A DNA stretch of 64,000 nt from Candidatus Latescibacterota bacterium (lineage in GTDB: Bacteria; Latescibacterota; UBA2968): the NCBI GenBank assembly GCA_965204375.1, contig OZ241986.1:2208001-2272000 (forward strand). Reading direction: 5' to 3'. How positions within the stretch are numbered: the first letter of the stretch is position 1; every line of letters begins with the position of its first letter. Below, in pieces: positions 62,340 to 64,000 of the stretch. The notes under the pieces are model-generated. The model did no database searches and was not told where the DNA came from. It saw only the letters and a list, made by a program, of their open reading frames with translations. The position numbers were made by a program, and so were the translations under genes.

Positions 62340-64000
62340 TCACCACGAATGTGTGCGATGACCCTGCCCTGGAAACCATATCTGATCGACAAAAAACGAC
62401 AGGATCACGCCCAGAGCATGGCCTACGAGCAGACCCAAAAATAGGGGACGCAAACGCCGATAGAGATCCACACCGCCTATGCGTAAAATGATCGATTTGA
62501 TGCCCCATGCCATAAAAACGGAAAAAACTGAATGAACGGCATGCGTCAGCGGCACAACCATGCCAATGGGCGTGAGGGGCCACCAGGTAAAGCGGTAGCG
62601 CATCAGACTCACCGCAGCAAAAATGCCAACGCCCAACAGCAAAAACAGGGGGCGCTCACTCTCCCATTTTTCTTCGCCCTTCAGGGCTTTTACCAGCCCA
62701 TCATAGGTTCTCGGCGGATAGCGCGTAAATGGAAAATCGTTAAAATTATACGCCCCGTGCAAATAGCCCAGATAAAGCGAATAGGCAATTGCAGCACCAA
62801 TACCAATCACGAGCGTCAGTCCAATGCCCAGAACCAGCAACTTCTTATTTCTTCCCGCCATATCTGCAATGCGCGCCGCATGCACGAGCGGGGGCATAAA
62901 CATCGCTTTGCTCTGTGAGCGCACCGAATCGACCAAGCGCAATGCCGTCAGCGTTGAAGCATCAAATGATTTGGGTCCAAAAATAAAGGGCAAAAGGCCA
63001 TTGGGCGTCATCGGCATGCTAAAATAAATCACGCCTGTCTCGGCAATCACCCGTGCCGTGCCCAGATAAGTAATAAAAATACCCAGCGTAAGAGCAATCG
63101 CAACAGCCCAGCTAATACCCACAGCCTGGAACCAGAAAATCAGAAAAATCAGACTAAAAATTAGGCCAAACGCACACGCGCGATACGAAAGCATCTCATC
63201 TGAATCATCGATCTGCCGCCCCCCGCGAAACGCTTTGACAAATACATCGCGAATGTGGAACCTCGCCATCCACAATCCAAATAAAACCATCGCCACAAAC
63301 GCGCCCCCTGCTTGTAGCGAGGTCGTCGCATCTGCAGCACTGCCTTTATTGCTCAGATTAATCCCCACGCGCCTGTAAAACATAGCTTGAACACAGTAAA
63401 ACAAATAAAATACCCAGATGGAAAATAGCACATCCAGGTTGGCAAAATAGGCAAAACCCACAGTATAAAAATTAAACCGCACGTGGATGCGAGGGAAATA
63501 CACGCCCATGGGCATCCACCCCGGTCCCAGGCTGATAACCGGAAATCCGGGCGAAAAATAACTGATGATATTCCAGGACAGGATGAGAAAAGGAATGGCC
63601 GCGCCAAACAGAAAGAACTTATTCTTCAATAGGGGTACTCTGTGCTCTGCCTCAGCCAGATCGCCTGCCGGATGCAAAATGGGATATGCCAATCGCTCGT
63701 GCTCTGCCCATTGCTTGCGCAACATCACCGCCAGACAAATACACCCCACCACAATAGCTGCAATAAACGTCATCCAGCCAAACAAAGGCACAAACCACAC
63801 GCCCCAGGGAATGGGCATATCCCGGCTGGGCATGCCCTCAAACAACCACTGCATGGCCCCGCCTTCGTTAGAGGGAATCAACCAGTTCGGCAAATATTGG
63901 TGAAAATAACTTCCCCATTGATTCTCTGGCGTGGCGAGATAATAGGGAATGGAAATCATGCCCAAAAAATAACTCGTCAACCCAAAGGCGGGAACAGCAG
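62340..64000 (-). CDS. DUF6785/DUF6784-like multi-TM protein (5' end probably outside the window)
   Basis: RKQW..HERL.YP, RVIAETG, WWPL.P.G, LR.GG..LY..LRP.FLGL. Confidence 0.7.
   Translation of the reverse strand, partial: AVPAFGLTSYFLGMISIPYYLATPENQWGSYFHQYLPNWLIPSNEGGAMQWLFEGMPSRDMPIPWGVWFVPLFGWMTFIAAIVVGCICLAVMLRKQWAEHERLAYPILHPAGDLAEAEHRVPLLKNKFFLFGAAIPFLILSWNIISYFSPGFPVISLGPGWMPMGVYFPRIHVRFNFYTVGFAYFANLDVLFSIWVFYLFYCVQAMFYRRVGINLSNKGSAADATTSLQAGGAFVAMVLFGLWMARFHIRDVFVKAFRGGRQIDDSDEMLSYRACAFGLIFSLIFLIFWFQAVGISWAVAIALTLGIFITYLGTARVIAETGVIYFSMPMTPNGLLPFIFGPKSFDASTLTALRLVDSVRSQSKAMFMPPLVHAARIADMAGRNKKLLVLGIGLTLVIGIGAAIAYSLYLGYLHGAYNFNDFPFTRYPPRTYDGLVKALKGEEKWESERPLFLLLGVGIFAAVSLMRYRFTWWPLTPIGMVVPLTHAVHSVFSVFMAWGIKSIILRIGGVDLYRRLRPLFLGLLVGHALGVILSFFVDQIWFPGQGHRTHSW

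Overview
Bacterial chromosomal window with about 50 genes. WG/HEAT-repeat lipoproteins, PhyH and Gfo/Idh/MocA paralogues, a dockerin-like tail, a FlgD-Ig tail and a DUF6785-like protein suggest a Latescibacterota/Gemmatimonadota-like organism; this is an inference. The standout is 10161..13247(-), a single ~1028-aa polypeptide carrying, in order, the conserved core motifs of bacterial RNA polymerase beta and then beta'. It has the catalytic NxDFDGD, the beta lysines and the sigma-binding clamp helices. It is roughly a third of normal beta+beta' length and appears to lack the flap, lobe, Zn-binding domain and trigger loop. It lies downstream of an ECF sigma factor with no adjacent anti-sigma, with an ABC exporter between them, and near a DksA/TraR-finger protein, so it is a candidate miniature second transcription system. 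Also present: a tandemly duplicated BlaI / M56-TonB_C / WG-repeat module with a shared operator, a SLATT-like gene with a proline-rich peptide, an R-M pair between uvrB and nadC, a deleted sulfatase, PIN and MNT-HEPN toxin-antitoxin loci, tRNA-Thr(CGT), and a glycan-synthesis cluster ending in a giant C25 (gingipain/PorU-like) protease. All family calls come from motif recognition by eye; no searches were run.
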